DNA from: Octopus bimaculoides
Taxonomy: Eukaryota
Reading direction: 5' to 3'
Assembly: GCF_001194135.2 (NCBI RefSeq)
Contig: NC_068983.1
Span: 75,297,150-75,361,149, forward strand
DNA: 64,000 nt
Shown here: piece after piece, positions 40,782 through 54,365 of the stretch
Layout: each line of letters starts with the position of its first letter
Numbering within the stretch: the first letter of the stretch is position 1
Made by a program: the position numbers and the translations under genes
Notes under the pieces: model-generated
What the model saw: the letters and a program-made list of their open reading frames with translations, nothing else
Told to the model about the DNA's origin: nothing
The model's database searches: none

Positions 40782-41950
40782 TAAATGACTAAGATGAGTG
40801 TTCCATGCTGCAATCATTTTCGTTTCATGACATGGTCTCAGATGAAGCCTAACAAATACACCCCCTGAAACTTATTTTATAGTTCTCAAATGATTAAGCT
40901 ACATTTTGGAATAAAGGGATGCAATGCAGCATACTGGTTTAAACTGGGATACACACACACACACCTTAAGGCATAAGAGTCAGTGAATTCACTCTACTGT
41001 TAATCAGTTTCACCAGGCACAAACACATATGCAGTATATGAATATCTTCAGAAGATACTGTGGTCGTGTGATAAGAAGTTTGCTTCCCAACCACATGATT
41101 CCTACTGCATGGCACCATGCAGTAGGATAGCCTACTATAGCTTTGGGGGCCAACCAAAGCTTTGTGATTGGAATTGGTAGGCAGAAACTGAAAGAAGCTT
41201 ATTGCCTGTGTGTGTATTTTATACCCCACTACTACTTGACAACTGGTGTTGATATGTTTACATCCCTGTAACTTAGCAATTTGGTAAAAGGGATTAATTC
41301 AATAAGTACCAGGTTAAAAAAAAATAAGTACTGGGGTTGATAGATTTGACTAAAATTCTTCAAGGTAGTGCCCCAGTATGGCTGCAGTCTAACGACTGGA
41401 AGTGGTAAGAGATAAACGATAAATGAAAGATGGTAGAAGGTGCAGTGTCCATACATACATGTAAGGTGAATTCTCGTTGATCTAGTCATGTGCTTACCCT
41501 TAACCAATGACAACTAATTTTATGCATGTTCTCATTGTTTATCTGTATATATGTGTATGTCTCCTTGTTTGACATCACAGTATCACCATCAAACAGTATG
41601 TGTCATTTGTTCCCAATCCTCCAAGAAAGCATATCTGGGCATGAGCAAATATTACCTTGCCTGGAAAAGGTGCAAGTTGGCAACAAGAAGGGCATTCAGT
41701 CACAGAAAATCAGCCTCAATGAACTCCATATGACTTATGCAAGCATCATGATGGTGACTAAACAATAACATAGATGGGTTAGGATTCATTACAGCTGTTT
41801 CAAACATGTTCTTTATTGGTGAACAAAAATGTTACATCATGCAAAAAAACCATTTTCTTCAGGTGAACTAAGAATAAAATTTAACCCTTAGGATTCTACA
41901 TATAAACAGAACATAATGTAAGTTGACCCTCTTGTCTAGGTTACGGTGTG

Positions 41951-42014
<64 letters not shown>

Positions 42015-42016
<2 letters not shown>

Positions 42017-42382
42017 CAGGCGTGGGTATGGTAAGAAGCTTGCTGCCCAACCACATGGTTCCGGGTTCAGTCCCACTGTGTGGCACCTTGGGCAAGTGTC
42101 TTCTACTATAGCCTCAGGCCGTCCAAAGCCTCGAGTGGATTTGGTAGACGTAAACTGAAAGAAGCCCATCATATATATATGTGTTTGTGTGTGTATTTGT
42201 TCCACTCCACCATCGCTTGACAACTGTTGGTGTGTTTGACCTCGTAACTAAGCAGTTCAGCAAAAGAGACCGATAGAGTAAGTACTAGGCTTACAAAGAA
42301 CAAGTCTTGAGGTCAGTTTGTTCAACCAAAGATGGTGCTCCAGCATGGCTGCAGTCAAATGACTGGAACAAATAAAAGAATA
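42015..42382 (+). mobile_element. SINE family A
   Basis: Full head to tail, running into a gap. Confidence 0.88.
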
Positions 42383-43394
42383 NNNNNNNNNNNNNNNNNN
42401 NNNNNNNNNNNNNNNNNNNNNNNNNNNNNNNNNNNNNNNNNNNNNNNNNNNNNNNNNNNNNNNNNNNNNNNNNNNNNNNNNNATATATATATACTGTATA
42501 TATGATGAGCTTCTTTGAATTTTTTACCCACAAAATCCACTAACAAAGTTTTGATTGGATTGGGGCAATTGTAGAAGATATTTGCCCAAAGTGTCAAGCA
42601 ATGGAACTGAACCCAAAACCACAAGGTTGGAAAACAAGCTTGCTAACCACATGCCCATGCCTACACCTTAAAAACCTAAATCTGAAAAAAAGCATCATTA
42701 GAGAGATCCTTCTCATTCATCTGGTTGATGACAGTGTCAGTCTCTCACAAACTGTAGTTGTTATATTTACTTTACATACATGCTTATTTATTCACGCTAT
42801 TTTGAATTAATCATGCATTATCTTGTAGCAGCTACAAGATTTCGATGATGTGATTCTTTATTCTTTTAAAAGACATTGTAGAGTAAGTGAGAGAGGCAGG
42901 ATCTGGCCAATTTGAACATCATAGTATTCTTCTTTCCTCTTTGTTATCCATGCAACCGCCACACCAAACTGGTTACTGTTACAGTCTCTTCAACTACACA
43001 GCAGTTATTTTGTTTCACTGAGGATTTCTTTGCTCTCAGCTCTGGTCTTCTCTCTTATCCACCCTGACAGAAGAACATTGCCTGCTTCCTTTTCCACTTT
43101 ATGAATCACTGTTCTACCACCTTTCTCAAGTCTAGCACCAAGCAAGATAGGAAGGAGGACATCATAAATCAAGCTACAAACCACTGATATCCTACACCTA
43201 GCAGAAGCACTATACACTGCCATCCTCACACCTCATTTTTCAAAATCTTCCTTTCATGTACCCACTCCATTAATGCCTTCCCAAAACAACTTCAACCCAA
43301 GTCAAACCCAGCAACAGAAGACAAATTAATCATTTCTTTTGACTGAGACTATTCTCATTTTTGTTCATGCTTTCTTTCTTTCTCTTTCTCTCTC

Positions 43395-43720
43395 CAGTAC
43401 ACAGACACCTCCAATACGTTCTTGTCTCCTCTCTCATATACACACACAATTGCTTAAAAATTCACTGTACATACACACAAATATATCTTCGAAACGCCTA
43501 GTTAGAATAGAGGCAGCTGACGAAGGATTAATTCCAAGTGGCTATCTGTTTTCCTATGTGTTCGTTCCGTTGTCTGTAGTCCATTGTCTTAACGTCCTGT
43601 ACCCTGATATGCATCTATATACACATGTAGATGTAAGTATGTACATATATGTGTGTATACATGCATTTATATTCTTTGTATTATATATATATATTATTAA
43701 AAAAATGGCAAAAATCATAT
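43395..43720. mobile_element. Possible Penelope-like terminal fragment
   Basis: CGAAACGCCTAG...CTGACGAAGG motif; similar motifs at 8575-8725 and 8760-8900. Family assignment is from recall only. Confidence 0.35.
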
Positions 43721-43879
43721 ATTAATTAATGCCGATTAATTACCAGGAAGCTAGCACATTTAAAGAACCAAAGAGATTCAGAAACAGTATCTGCAATTTC
43801 AGGGGATTAAAGTACATTTTTATATATGACGTTGACCACTAACGTGAACATACAATGTGCTAGAAATAGGTCACATCTT

Positions 43880-44213
43880 GTGTCTAAAAAGACCTAAATT
43901 GTTCTCAACATGAAATATAGCAGGATACCAAAACGTAAGCAGGCAAGACATTTAAAAAAAACGAAAAGGAACATTATTAAACAGGGACCGGTTTCGAATT
44001 TTAACAATCTTCAACTTTGTATGGGGTTCTGATGATTATGGTTCCATTACAAATCAGGCTGATGAGAAATAGACAGTCGGTAAGATTGTTAAAATTCGAA
44101 ACCAGTCCCTGCTTAATAATGTTCCTTTTCGTTTTTTTTAAATGTCTTGCCCGCTTACGTTTTGGTATCACGCTATATTTCATGTTGAGAACAATTTAGG
44201 TCTTTTTAGACAC
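43880..44213. repeat. Long inverted repeat (about 130-bp arms, about 70-bp spacer), right end truncated by a gap
   Basis: GTGTCTAAAAAGACCTAAATTGTTCTCAACATGAAATATAGC...TTAACAATCTT mirrored at 44081-44213 with only a few mismatches. Confidence 0.9.
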
Positions 44214-44341
44214 NNNNNNNNNNNNNNNNNNNNNNNNNNNNNNNNNNNNNNNNNNNNNNNNNNNNNNNNNNNNNNNNNNNNNNNNNNNNNNNNNNNNNNN
44301 NNNNNNNNNNNNNNNNNNNNNNNNNNNNNNNNNNNNNNNNN

Positions 44342-44394
<53 letters not shown>

Positions 44395-44871
44395 CAAATA
44401 CACATGCATATATAACCATACATACAAATACATACATGCATATATACACATACATATACACATGCATATATACATATACAAATACACACACATACACTCT
44501 CCTTTTTGTGTACACCTTTCCTCTCTCTTCAAGCACTTTCTTATACACATTTCTTGCTTTCTCTCTTCCTATTAACTCTCCTCACAAGTATAAGGTGACC
44601 TGTCCCATAAAGCAACAAGTATTTACACACATTACATACATATAAACTTGAAAGACTTATGGAACACACATATGCACACAAACACAGTTTCCTTCCACTT
44701 CTCTCTTTCACTGAACACTATTTTGCTCGACATTCCAACCAATTTTCTTGACTCAATATAACAAGAGTGGACAAACTGTCCACACTATCTACTTAATCAA
44801 CAATTAATAACAGTCATTAAAATTCCTTTAATTCCCTCATCAGATTATGATTCCACTAATAGTGTACATTT

Positions 44872-44919
<48 letters not shown>

Positions 44920-45028
44920 AATACACACACACATTCTCCTTGTTTAACACTTCACTGATTTTCAATGCAAACTTATTTCCTTTTCCTTATTTATACATAT
45001 ACATGCATTTATAAATATATATTATTAT

Positions 45029-45071
<43 letters not shown>

Positions 45072-45869
45072 CACACACCTAATTACACATTTACCCTGTG
45101 TGTGTGTACGTGAGCATAAGTAAAGTTATTTTATTCTTCAAGTTAACTTCAGTTATTCAAGATTTGTGTTTGGCAGTGGCAACAAGAGACTTAAGTAACT
45201 TGCTGAAGTTTATCACACACACATTCTTTTATACGTTTCAGACCAAAGGCTGTGGCCATGCTGGAGCAATACCAGTGAAAATGTGGGATGCTTACAGCAC
45301 CTAGGTTTCCCAAATGGTCACCCATCTAAGTACTAACTAGGCTCCACATTGTTTAATTTCAGCGATCAGATGAGAACTGGTGTATTCAATGTGATACACA
45401 CACACACAATTACAGCATTGAAGGCATATAGCCACTCAAAAACACTCAAAAGCTGTAAACTTCACTTAAACATTTATTATTTGGTATAAAAATGTTCATC
45501 ACACTAACTGCAGCCTGGTCACTGACACAGTTCAACCACAATACAGTTTTTGATAAAACCACTGGCCAGAGAAGTATATCTCTGACATATATATGTAATG
45601 CATAGAGATAAAATATCCAGGCAGGTACCATACAAGCAATCAGTTATTATCTGGATTATAGCTAACTGCATCGAGTTGTATATATGAGTCTGAATTTCTA
45701 ATCACAGGTTTTCTGTAGTTTGATCCACTAAATTATCAGCCTCAATGTATAAGTATGTAAGAGGCTGAGTATTCCATAGACTAATTTAGCCTTAATGTAA
45801 TTCTCAGTGGAATCAGCTTGGCATAGGGTGGCAAGGCAGAATGTTTGAATTACAGGTACAGGACTGACT

Positions 45870-46130
45870 CCTGTGCAGGTGGCACGTTAAAAAACACCTT
45901 TTGAACATGGCCGTTGCCAGTACCGCCTGACTGACCTTTGTGGCGGTGGCACGTAAAAGCACCCACTACACTCCCGGAGTGGTCGGCGCTAGGAAGGGCA
46001 TCCAGCTGTAGAAACTCTGCCAGATCAGGTTGGAGCCTGGTGCAGCCATCTGGTTCGCCAGTCCTCAGTCAAATCGTCCAACCCATGCTAGCATGGAAAG
46101 CGGACATTAAACGATGATGATGATGATGAT
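45870..46130 (+). mobile_element. RTE LINE 3' end
   Basis: Ends TAAACGATGATGATGATGATGAT. Confidence 0.88.
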
Positions 46131-48651
46131 GAACCCGTCCAGTGGATTCCTTCAGTTTCCATCAAATCAATTTCCCTCACAAGTTTGTAGAAAATGACAG
46201 ATGCCCAAGATGTCAAGCAACCGGTTCGAAACCAAGACCTCAGGATAGTGAAGCAACCTCGTAGCCATTCAGCCATACTCTAACTGTGGAAGTGTGTGAC
46301 TTAGTGTTTAGGGTGTTGGATTCATGACCATAAGATTGTGGTTTCAATTCCTGGACCAGGTGATGTATTGTGTTCTTGAACAAAACACTTCATTTCATGT
46401 TGCTCAAGTTCACTCAGCTAGCAAAAATGAGTATTCCTGCAATGAACCAGCGTCCCATCCAAGGGGAAAATACATATGCCAGAGAATATGGGAAACCAAC
46501 CTTATGAGTCTATAGGACTCACGGAGCTGAATCCTTTTCTATACTATACCTACAGGTACAAATATGTCATAAATCAAATTTTTAATTGAGTACTTTCAAT
46601 GAAAATATATCATACCTTAGAGGAGATGAGGTATGTAGAGTGCAACTTGTGTATCCATTATCCATTATGTATATCGCTTGTGAATGCATTTGGATTTTTT
46701 TCAATAGCTATCTCACCAAATTGAGCACTTAAGTGATTTAAAACAATTTTAGTGAGAGAAAGAGGTGGTGAATTAGAAGAATGGTTAAAGCAGCAGACAG
46801 AATGCCTTTGCAGTGTTTGTTCTGTCTCTGAAGCTCTGAGTTCAGATTCTGCTAGAGTCAGCTTTTGTGGCTAATACTAGTTCAAGGTATTCATCAACAT
46901 CATCATTGTTTTAATATCCACTTTTTTATGCTTGCATGGGTTGGACAGAATTTATTGAGGCAGATTTTCTATGACCAGATGCCCTTCCTGTCACCAACCC
47001 TCACCAGTTTCCAAGGAAGGAAATATTTCCCCACAACCAGATATAATCAAAGAGCACCATGTTCCTCCGAAAGAGGTTACACATTTACAACCTAGTGGAC
47101 TGGAACCATGTGAAATGAAGTGTTTTGCTCAAGAACACAAATACTGCCCTGTCCAAGAATCGAAACCACAATCTTGCAATCATAAGTCTAACACAAACCA
47201 CTAGCACTTCCAAATTTGTTTGAGTGTGGACATATACATGTTACTGATGTTAAAATTCAGCCTTATTTATTCCCAGCTGGTGAGATATGCTCCAATAAAT
47301 TGAAAAATGTCTTGGATTAAGGTAATAATCTACTTTGTATTGTATATCTGAGAATTTTCCTTTCCATCTTTTTCCTTCAGACAGTTGTTGTAGCTCTAAA
47401 GTTATATTTTCATATTGAGCACTTCAGTGAAAAAATAATACATAATTTTTTAAATACAAATTGAGACGTGTGTTATGAAATGCATGTGTAGGTGTATGTA
47501 ATTTAGTATTTTGTCTCTGCCCCCACTTCCACCTTTTATGGAAAATACAAGAAGCGACAAAAATTTCTTTTATAAACAACAAAAACAAAAACCAATGCTA
47601 CCATATTTCTGTCGACATGGCACCAGCAATGAAACTGGAGTTTTAATACAGCTTAGCAGAGGAAATATGCCAGACAAATACACATGCAAGAATGTGTGAC
47701 TGTGTGCATCGACAGAATTTTAAGTTTGTGTCTATCTCTTTGTGTGAGCAACATATAAGAGAGAGAGAGATGTCAATAATGAACACATACATCAAATTCC
47801 CACACAGAAATACACATATATACGCAAAGACATAGGATGCACATATACACACACAAAAACAGGATGCACACATACACACATATATATACAGGCTGCACAT
47901 ACAGATGTATTTCATATGTGTGTGTATGTATACATGCATGAGAGTTTAAATTGTAAATATTGATTATTGACTAACTGCATATAAATGGTCCATATCCAAT
48001 GATAGAGTCTTTAACTATAACAATGTTTTGATTGATTTTTATTGTTTTTTTTTTACTTTTAAAAATGAGCAAGGATAAAGAATGATGGGAGAATTCTTCT
48101 AGAGTTAATAAGATATCCTGCCAAAGGGACTACAAAAGTTAGCCTTCTTTCTTTACCTCTGCCCACCACAACCACCACCACATACAATATGAATAGCTGC
48201 TAAATCTTCCTCAAATCCCACCCTAAAGGTTTTAGGTTCAGAAAAAGGTATAATGAGGATACACATGTCCCCTAAAAACAGATAGAATAGTCATAGCTGG
48301 AATATTTTTGATCAAGGGTGACCGGGGATTAAAGAACTGAATAGAGATGCAAAGCATGTTTACATGAGCCTGTAATCTTTGTCAAACTATGAACTACCAT
48401 CTTAAAAAGGACACACAGGATAATATAGTCCAGGTCACAACTATATCTGAAAATATAAGGAGGATGGCTTGAATACCCTTGATTATAGATATGCTTGTTC
48501 AGGACTAGCCTGGGGCTAAACAACATATTCACACACAAGCCAAAGAAGAAACTGCTATTCTTTTATTCTTTTACTTATTTCAGACATTTGACTGCGGCCA
48601 TACTGGAGCACTGCCTTGAATGGCTTTAGTCAAACAAATCAACCCCAGGAT

Positions 48652-49490
48652 TTCATCATCATCATCATTCAACGTCCACCTTCCATGCTAGCATGGGTTG
48701 GACGATTTGACTGAGGACTGGCGAACCAGATGGCTGCACTAGGCTCCAATCTGATTTAGCAGAGTTTCTACAGCCGGATGCCCTTCCTAATGCCAACCAC
48801 TCCGAGAGTGTAGTGGGTGCTTTTACGTGCCACCAGCACAAAGGCCAGTCAGGCGTTACTGACAATGGCGACGCTCAAAATGGTGTATTTTACGTGCCNN
48901 NNNNNNNNNNNNNNNNNNNNNNNNNNNNNNNNNNNNNNNNNNNNNNNNNNNNNNNNNNNNNNNNNNNNNNNNNNNNNNNNNNNNNNNNNNNNNNNNNNNN
49001 NNNNNNNNNNNNNNNNNNNNNNNNNNNNNNNNNNNNNNNNNNNNNNNNNNNNNNNNNNNNNNNNNNNNNNNNNNNNNNNNNNNNNNNNNNNNNNNNNNNN
49101 NNNNNNNNNNNNNNNNNNNNNNNNNNNNNNNNNNNNNNCCACTGGTACAAGTGCCAACACGATTTCGAATTCACTTGCCCCAACAGGTCTTCGCAAGCCG
49201 AGTTTAGTGTCCAATGAAGGAGAGGTTGGCATGGGTGCCAGTCGTTGAATTTGGTTCGATTTCGATTTCACTTGCCTCAACAGGTCTTCGCAAGCGGAGT
49301 TTAGTGTCCAATAAAGGAAAGGTACGCATAAGTGGGCTGGCTACACCCCTGGCAGAGGCCTCAGATTATGGTCTCACTTGGCTTGCCGGGTCTTCTCGCG
49401 CACTGCATATTCCAAAGGTCTCAGTCACAAGTCATTGCCTTGATGAAGCCTAATGTTCGAAGGTCGTGCATCACCACCTCATCCCAGGTC
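48652..49490 (-). mobile_element. RTE LINE 3' fragment inserted into a minus-strand SINE family A copy (48560-49765)
   Basis: SINE tail to the left, (CAT)n RTE tail at 48654, degenerate RTE ORF end at about 49380-49490, and SINE body resuming at about 49500. Confidence 0.85.
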
Positions 49491-49822
49491 TGCCTGGCTC
49501 ATAAAGCCTAATACTTATTCTATCAGTCTGTTTTGCTGAACCGCTAAGTTACAAAGACCTAAACACTCCAACACTGGTTGTCAAGTAGTTTCGGGGGCAA
49601 ACAGACACACACACATAGATATATATACTTATATATATGATGGGCTTCTTACAGTTTCCGCCTACCAAATCCACTCACAAGGCTTTGGTTGGCCACAAGA
49701 CTATAGTAGAAGTCATTTGCCCAAGGTGCCATGCAGTGAGACAACCCAGAACCATGCGGTTAGGAAGCAAGTTAAGGGTTAGCAGCAGGAAACAATACTT
49801 TAATAATATGCATCATCTAACC

Positions 49823-50392
49823 TAGGGGTCAGCAAACCAGGGTAAATTACTCCAGCTGGATTAAAAATGAAATTCTTAGGGGTAATGAGGACTCATTAGA
49901 CACAAGTAAAATTATATAAAAGAACGTGTTTCTTGCTATGACAAATTTTTCTTCTGGCTCTAAGGAGGCAGTCAAAAAGTTGCTGCCTTTTGCAAAAACC
50001 TACCTTTGCGAACAAGAATTTTCCACTCTAATGAACATGAAACAAAGCAAAGAAATCATTTGGACCCCAAAGACTATATTCAAATTCCTCTGGCATCAAA
50101 ATGTCCCCAATTTTGATGTAATTGTAGCAAAAATGAAACATTATTTCTCCAAAGCCTAAAGTGAAAAAGTTTCTAGAAAAATCCTTTTGTTTCATAATGA
50201 GGATATTAATTTATTTTATCGCATTTGTTTTATACATTTTATATTTTTAATTGTACTCTCCATATAAATAGATTCAACAAACTTCTTGAATTCAAAGAAA
50301 CTATGATTTTCTTCCTTTCAAATCAAGTGGGTAATGTCGGTGTAAATAAATATGTTTTGGGGTCATTGATTAAAAAAGTTCCCCGAACCCTG
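49823..50392 (+). mobile_element. hAT Buster/Charlie-type deletion derivative with dimerisation-domain remnant (49926-50159)
   Basis: Termini TAGGGGTC...GAACCCTG with an 8-bp TSD ATCTAACC / ATCTAACT (NNNTANNN). Peptide AVKKLLPFAKTYLCEQEFSTLMNMK matches the hAT C-terminal motif. Confidence 0.9.
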
Positions 50393-50952
50393 ATCTAACT
50401 CATGCTAACCTGGGAAACACAGACAGGAATAATTATATATGCGTGCGATGTTTTTTTAAGATCATAGTCATTCCACCGGGATCATACTGTCTTTTTCATG
50501 TATAGTGTTTTTATCACTGAAGTTTAGCTCCAAATTAGTCCTGACTAAGTAGACTAATCACCAGACTGATCCTCCTGTTTTCCGATAGTGAACATACATT
50601 ACACAACTTGACCTCCAGCTTTTAGGACGGTAGGGTGTAAGGTTGAGGGGAAATTAGCTGCTATTTCTAGCAGGGTGGATTTCTTTGTCTTGATCGATGT
50701 TGGTTATTGTTAACATGTCAGCTCACATCAATTTATGATCATTATGGCGTTCCAGCTATGACCATCCAGTTTTTTAGGGATGTCTAGCACTAATTTAAAT
50801 AAGTTCTTTCATTTTTACCACGTGAGTTGTGATTTGCGGGAGATTTGGCTGCTATTTCTAGCACGTAGAGTGACCACATAAAAGCTCCGTTTGTTTTCGT
50901 TTATAGCTAGATGATGGTGGTACTAATGGCGAATTGGAAGGGTACAAATGTA

Positions 50953-51036
50953 GGTGATAGTAAAGAATACGCACATCCGTGTTTAGGGTTTTTGTTACGC
51001 CGAAAACGAGTGGTGTGCGTATTCTTTACCTCTGCC
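50953..51036. mobile_element. About 85-bp hairpin MITE (MULE-like), copy 2
   Basis: GG...GTAAAGAATACGCAC / GTGCGTATTCTTTAC...CC; candidate 9-bp TSD ACAAATGTA / ACAAACGTA. Confidence 0.75.
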
Positions 51037-51139
51037 ACAAACGTAATAAGGGTTAATTAAATGGGGATATTTTCTCCCTATTTACTGTGTTGGTTTGGGG
51101 AAGTTCCTATACAGCGAGGAACGGTTTTAACTATTAAAT

Positions 51140-51472
51140 CAGATCAATCAGTCTGCTGGCCTACCTGCGGCCCGGAGACTTTTATCTTGCGGCCCGCTCG
51201 ACATTTTCTCAAAATGAGTTCATTTAAACTAACATTTTTAAAATTTTATCAAAAATTAAAGATTGTAATGAAAAGTAAAAAAGAATGATACTACTGTTTT
51301 TGCAACGATTAATAAATATTTCATGTTGAATCAACGATCATTCATTCATTATTGTAATATAATAGCATGAGAAAGCAAAATGCTTTCAATTCTGTCAGTA
51401 TACAAACGGCCCTCAAAAAACTTTCTGTGATAAAAGTGGCCCGCAATTGTAATTCGAGTTGACCAGGCCTAG
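51140..51472. mobile_element. hAT-type non-autonomous element
   Basis: CTGCGGCCCG subterminal motifs at the left and GTGGCCCGC...GTTGACCAGGCCTAG at the right. Confidence 0.6.
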
Positions 51473-52139
51473 ACTCTAGGCCATATATTTTTATAGCACG
51501 CACGTTTGTAAGTAGGGGTGATGTGTGTTATTCTCCATATATCAACAGTCTTTACGTATCACGTAATTAGATGTTTGTGTATCACACACATATACTATAA
51601 TGTGTGAGATACAGAATAATGAGTCAACGATGGGTCGTCTAAGCGGTTGCTGAACATGCTAGAAACAGCAGTTAAAACTCGTCTATGACAGCCCCTAGAG
51701 CCTAAAAAAAACACGCATTAGGTAATTGTAGTCCTAGGTATATGTATGAAAAGAAATAGTCAAGACGGTCATGGCTGTATACATTGATGAATAATTTTGG
51801 ATACCTATTACAACATGACCCGAGGAAATAAATAAAACAAAGAGAACGTTGTAGTCTGAGACAGCCTCTGACAAGGATCATATCCGACCCGAGGAAATAA
51901 ATAAAGAGAACGTTGTAGGCTGAGAGAGTCTCTGACAAGGATCATATCCAAGTGTACAAGTATGTACAACACAAACATTCCTTGGGAATCCAGAAAGTTA
52001 ACTGAGCCCGGTTTACGATGTACCCCGCGTTTCGTCCTCTCATAGAGTGTACTTGAAAAAACGACGGGATGTTCGAAGTTGGAATGGTTTTGATTATAAA
52101 ATTGATTGATTGATGCTGACATTAGGTACATCCCAACAA

Positions 52140-52183
<44 letters not shown>

Positions 52184-53549
52184 CAAGTGTGACAATATAC
52201 AATATACGCAGAAAATACACTTATTACGAAAGGGAAATAGTAAGACGCTTGAATTACACAAGCTACATAACTTGAGGTGTAATTAGATCGGTGCCCCTCC
52301 CCCAACTCTGGACTGTGTTTCCTCCTAACTTTCTGAAAAATGTATTTTTATCAAAGTACAGGGATACGTTCTCGAGAGTGTAGATTACAATTAAGTTTTG
52401 TCACGCTGGGACACAGCCTTGAAAGGTTTGGTCGAACAAATCGACGCCAGTACTTATTTTTAAGTCTGGTACGTGTTCTATCGGTTGTTTTGCCGAACTA
52501 CTAAGTTACAGGGACGTAAATATGCTAATAGTAGTTGTGAAGTGGTGGTGGAAGACAAATACACACACATATACGATGAGCTTCTTTCAGTTTCCGTCTA
52601 CCAAATCCACCTCAAGGCTTTATGTTGATTTAGAAAAACTTTTATCAGAAGAATTTTGTATCGTTCTTTATCTCTCCCGCCCACACTTCGTTACCCCTAA
52701 TTTCTATAACTTTATCATTTTTTTTTTAATTTTCACTTGTTCTTTTCAAACTTGTTTGAATTTTCAATCTTATGTAACCCACTCCATCGAAAACGTATCT
52801 CTGCATTTTTTTTTTTGTAATGTTATCAGCATAATCATAATCTACACTCTCAAAAATGTAGTTCTATAAAATTTCATGAGGAAAAAATGCATTTCTTAAA
52901 CACTTATGTGGAAACATTAATCTGAAGTTATATCGAACTGCATACATAGAGAATATATATATATATATATATAGTATGTATGCATATACACTCATTGGCG
53001 TTGTTAACCAAGTCTAGTACCCCTTCGTAACCTCTATGTCAAATATATAATTATCACGCCAAATATATAATTACAAAATTCACTAAATTCAGAAAGTCGA
53101 TTTTATCTATTTGTTTTGTTTTCATTCATTTATTGATAAGTGTAACCCACTGTTACAAACATAGAAACCATATCCAGCACTCTCAGAATTGTTTACTGTA
53201 GCAATTCAGTGTACATTTTTGAAAGAAAATGAATGACTCCCTCTTTAGTAAGCGCTTTAAGTGGCTGACAGTTACCCTCACTAATCGTCGCAGCATTGTA
53301 CAGACATAGAACGTGGCATATGTGGGTAGATAATTCTTTCTATTTTCGACACAAGGCCAGGTAGGAATATTGTCGATTACATCGACACTGAGTGCTCAAC
53401 TGATACTTATTTTTACGACCTCGAAAGGATAAAAAGCTAAGTCAACCTCGGTGAAATTTGAACTCCGAACATAAAGACGGATGAAATGCGCTAGGCATTT
53501 TGTCTGACGCACTAACGATTCTGCCAAGCTCGCCACCTATATGACAAGA

Positions 53550-53935
53550 GGGTAGAGATGGACTATATGTAATCTGAACCTTCTCCCCCCCCCCTTATTT
53601 ATTAATTTTTAGGCTATGGAGATTCCGATTCTGAAAAAAAAAATTTTGAAAAATTTCAATCCCCCCCCCCTTCCACCAAGCAGGCTATTTACATGCTAGA
53701 AATAACAGCCAAATCTCACAAAACTAGTGCTAGGGTTAGGTTTAGGGTTAGGGTTAGGTTTACCCTGTGGATCTATATAAAAACTGGGCGGGGGGGATCG
53801 AAATTTTGAAATTGAGATTTTTGAAAATCTTTTTTCAGAATCGGAATCTCCATAGCCTAAAACGTGGGATTCCGTAAAAAAATAAATAAAACAAGGGGGG
53901 GAAAGGTTCAGATTACATATAGTCCATCTGGACCC
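53550..53935. mobile_element. Foldback element with about 120-bp arms and TTAGGG-like core
   Basis: GATGGACTATATGTAATCTGAACC...TAGGCTATGGAGATTCCGATTCTGAAAAAA mirrored at 53790-53929; spacer contains TAGGGTTAGGTTTAGGGTTAGGGTTAGG. Confidence 0.8.
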
Positions 53936-54276
53936 AATGTGTTTATCCTCCAAGCATTAAGCCTCCGTATATTCCAAACCTTCGTGTAAATGCATGCATT
54001 TGCACTTTCTAAAATATACTTATTTACCAAGTCAGTGAAGAAGCTTGTGTTCGACCTGCTAAAAATAACCGCCAAATCTCTCTTGAATCACATTTCTACC
54101 ATTCTAAAAATGAAGGACATATTGCATACTGTAATCCCAGATAGAATGTCCGGATAGAAGATGGGATCGTCTGGACATAGGTTTATTCGATCAGAACTGA
54201 GCTGGGACACACAAAAAAACATCACATATGTGATAAAAGACGGAGAATGGAAGCTAGAATACGTGCATGTATATAC

Positions 54277-54365
<89 letters not shown>

